Assembly: GCA_016748015.1 (NCBI GenBank)
Contig: JAAOMT010000480.1
Coordinates: forward strand, 932,328 to 996,327
Direction: 5' to 3'
Origin: Geosiphon pyriformis uo1
Lineage: Eukaryota; Fungi; Glomeromycota
DNA: 64,000 bases
Below are positions 62,354 through 64,000 of this stretch, piece by piece (positions within the stretch are counted from its first letter, which is position 1; every line of letters starts with the position of its first letter). The translations under genes were made by a program, and so were the position numbers. A model generated the notes under the pieces. It had not been told where the DNA came from and made no database searches. It worked only from the letters and a program-made list of their open reading frames with translations.

Positions 62354-64000
62354 AGCAAGTCATACTCACGGTTAACCGTTGAAACTACTACACATTGCTC
62401 AAGGTTTAAATTGATACTTCTGATATGACCTCAAGAGTCTCATGTCCCTTGAGGTTGCGTCATGATACCTTATCATAAATCTTTGATATAAAGGAAAAAA
62501 AGTAAGGTCATGATGACACAATTGTTGGCTCGTCAAAGAAAGCTTTGATAAATTATTTTGTTCTGAGATGATCAAATCTTAGATTTATCAGAAATATATA
62601 TAGAGCGCGAATTCTACCTTTGAAGGTCTAATTTCCGTCTAATTTCCTTCGAGAGAATAAACCTTCTTAAAAATTCATATATAACAAGATGTCTGTAATC
62701 GAAAAGGCACACCTCGAGGTTGGTCAACTTGTTGAGTACTTACCGGCCGGCCAGCCTATGAGTACCGCACGAGGTGTTATTAAGGAAATTATTACAGAAC
62801 CTGAGGCAAGTACAATGTCCCGCACAATCGTTTAAGATGGACTCCTTGATTAAATTCCTTTTTTTTTTTAGATATCGTCGACAACAATCATAGCCTCCGA
62901 AAATGAACCTATGTATTTGATCGAAAACTTGGATTCAAAGAAGGTAAAATTTTTGAACATTGGAAATTTTTTCTAAATGCTTAATTAATACTTTTTCGGC
63001 TTTAAACGTTAATTTTTGAAACAGGAAGGAGGTAATATATATGCATCACGAAGTACGCAATTTTGATCTTTTGATTTTATTGAATTAAAATTTCGATTAT
63101 AGCCTTCAAACTTACGAATATTACGAGAATTCTCAATAGTTAAAGACGAGGGCGACCAAGAGGAAGTCGAGGAAGAAGAATAAAAGCAAAAAGTAATGGG
63201 TGATTTTAAGTCTTTGAATTAAAGTTTTTTGATGGCAACTGTCTTTTTACTAATAAAAGGAAAATATTTAGATTTTTTAAGCAATTCAAAATTTTTTCTT
63301 TTTATTTTTACTTGTTTGAAAAAATAGGCGTTATACTGCAATAGAAATATTATTGTAATATCAATAGAGATTTCAAGTTTAATGTAATGAGAAATGACTT
63401 GATTCATCCAAAAGCAGGTTATTCAACCGGTTGATTTTCAAAGAGGTTTTTTTTTAATTTGGGAATTTTTTTATTGATTATATTATAAAAATTTGGGCCT
63501 ACGGAAAGTTGTTGTATTTGTTCCGGTTGCAATCGTGTCACGATTTGATACTTTTTTAGAAGACAACTTATTTTAAAGAAATAAAGATAGTAAATACGAT
63601 GAGTGCAGAAAATTGCGTGAATCATTTCAAGAAACCAATTGATTTAAGGAGTCGTTCGAAAACCTATTTTAGGAATTCTGATATAATCACTTTGTGCTCA
63701 AACATATCACAAATATTAAGACGTGTAATTAATTTATTGATCACGTGGAGTGTAACTGTGGAATTCTTATCTAGGTAAAAATGTTCCGTAGAAAATTCGT
63801 TTTTTTCAGGTTTACATTTCTTACATCCCATCTTTAAACTCTAGCCAAAGCTTTATTTCATCATCTTACTCTTTTTTTTGGTGCAAATTAGACGTGAAAA
63901 TTCAACATATAAAAGCTCATGATTTCTCTGTGTTTCACTACAAACATAACATCTGGTATTCGGCTAATTCGTCCATTCCCTTTTCAATCAGCATTAGCGT
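62354..64000. repeat. Right arm of long inverted duplication (continues past the window end)
   Basis: Reverse-complement match to 18784-20663, with several deletions relative to the left arm (about 98, 32 and 20 bp). Confidence 0.97.
62689..63143 (+). CDS. HVA1/DUF2945-like Tudor protein, copy 2, 78 aa, lacking the acidic tail; exons 62689-62805, 62872-62943, 63025-63031 (7 nt), 63103-63143
   Basis: Spliced protein MSVIEKAHLEVGQLVEYLPAGQPMSTARGVIKEIITEPEISSTTIIASENEPMYLIENLDSKKEGAFKLTNITRILNS*. It has the same GC-AG intron and micro-exon as copy 1. Confidence 0.72.

Noticed and set aside
1-64000. tRNA, rRNA, snRNA, CRISPR or bacterial endosymbiont insert
   Set aside because: None recognised by eye, and the genes are intron-containing and eukaryotic. 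tRNAscan-SE and Infernal would be needed to exclude small RNAs.

Overview
This is AT-rich eukaryotic genomic DNA with short GT-AG (and a few GC-AG) introns. The gene families (tyrosine-kinase-like kinases with an N-terminal Cys motif, F-box/RNI, class-3 lipase-like, P450, Tc1/mariner relics) point to a fungus, most likely an arbuscular-mycorrhizal (Glomeromycotina-type) lineage; this is an inference. All spliced models below were built by hand, and several are invisible in the ORF track. I resolved about 17 intact genes, about 6 pseudogenes and 4 Tc1/mariner relics. Main observations: (1) A >=1.9 kb inverted duplication (18784-20663 vs 62354-64000+) brackets a 41.7 kb segment. Each arm carries a 4-exon HVA1/DUF2945-type Tudor gene with a GC-AG intron and a 7-nt micro-exon. 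The exons are about 24% diverged, almost all non-synonymously, while the introns differ by about 5% and the outer flank by <1%. (2) A five-member family of 3-exon, ~5-TM membrane proteins that I do not recognise, with shared intron phases and motifs. (3) Two paralogous coiled-coil proteins with a MIEAP/IRKI-like domain, one ending in a canonical Atg8-interacting motif. (4) A secreted lipase-3 homologue lacking the catalytic Ser. (5) An intronless secreted protein with 12 Cys and an Ig-like domain. No rRNA, tRNA or CRISPR array was recognised.
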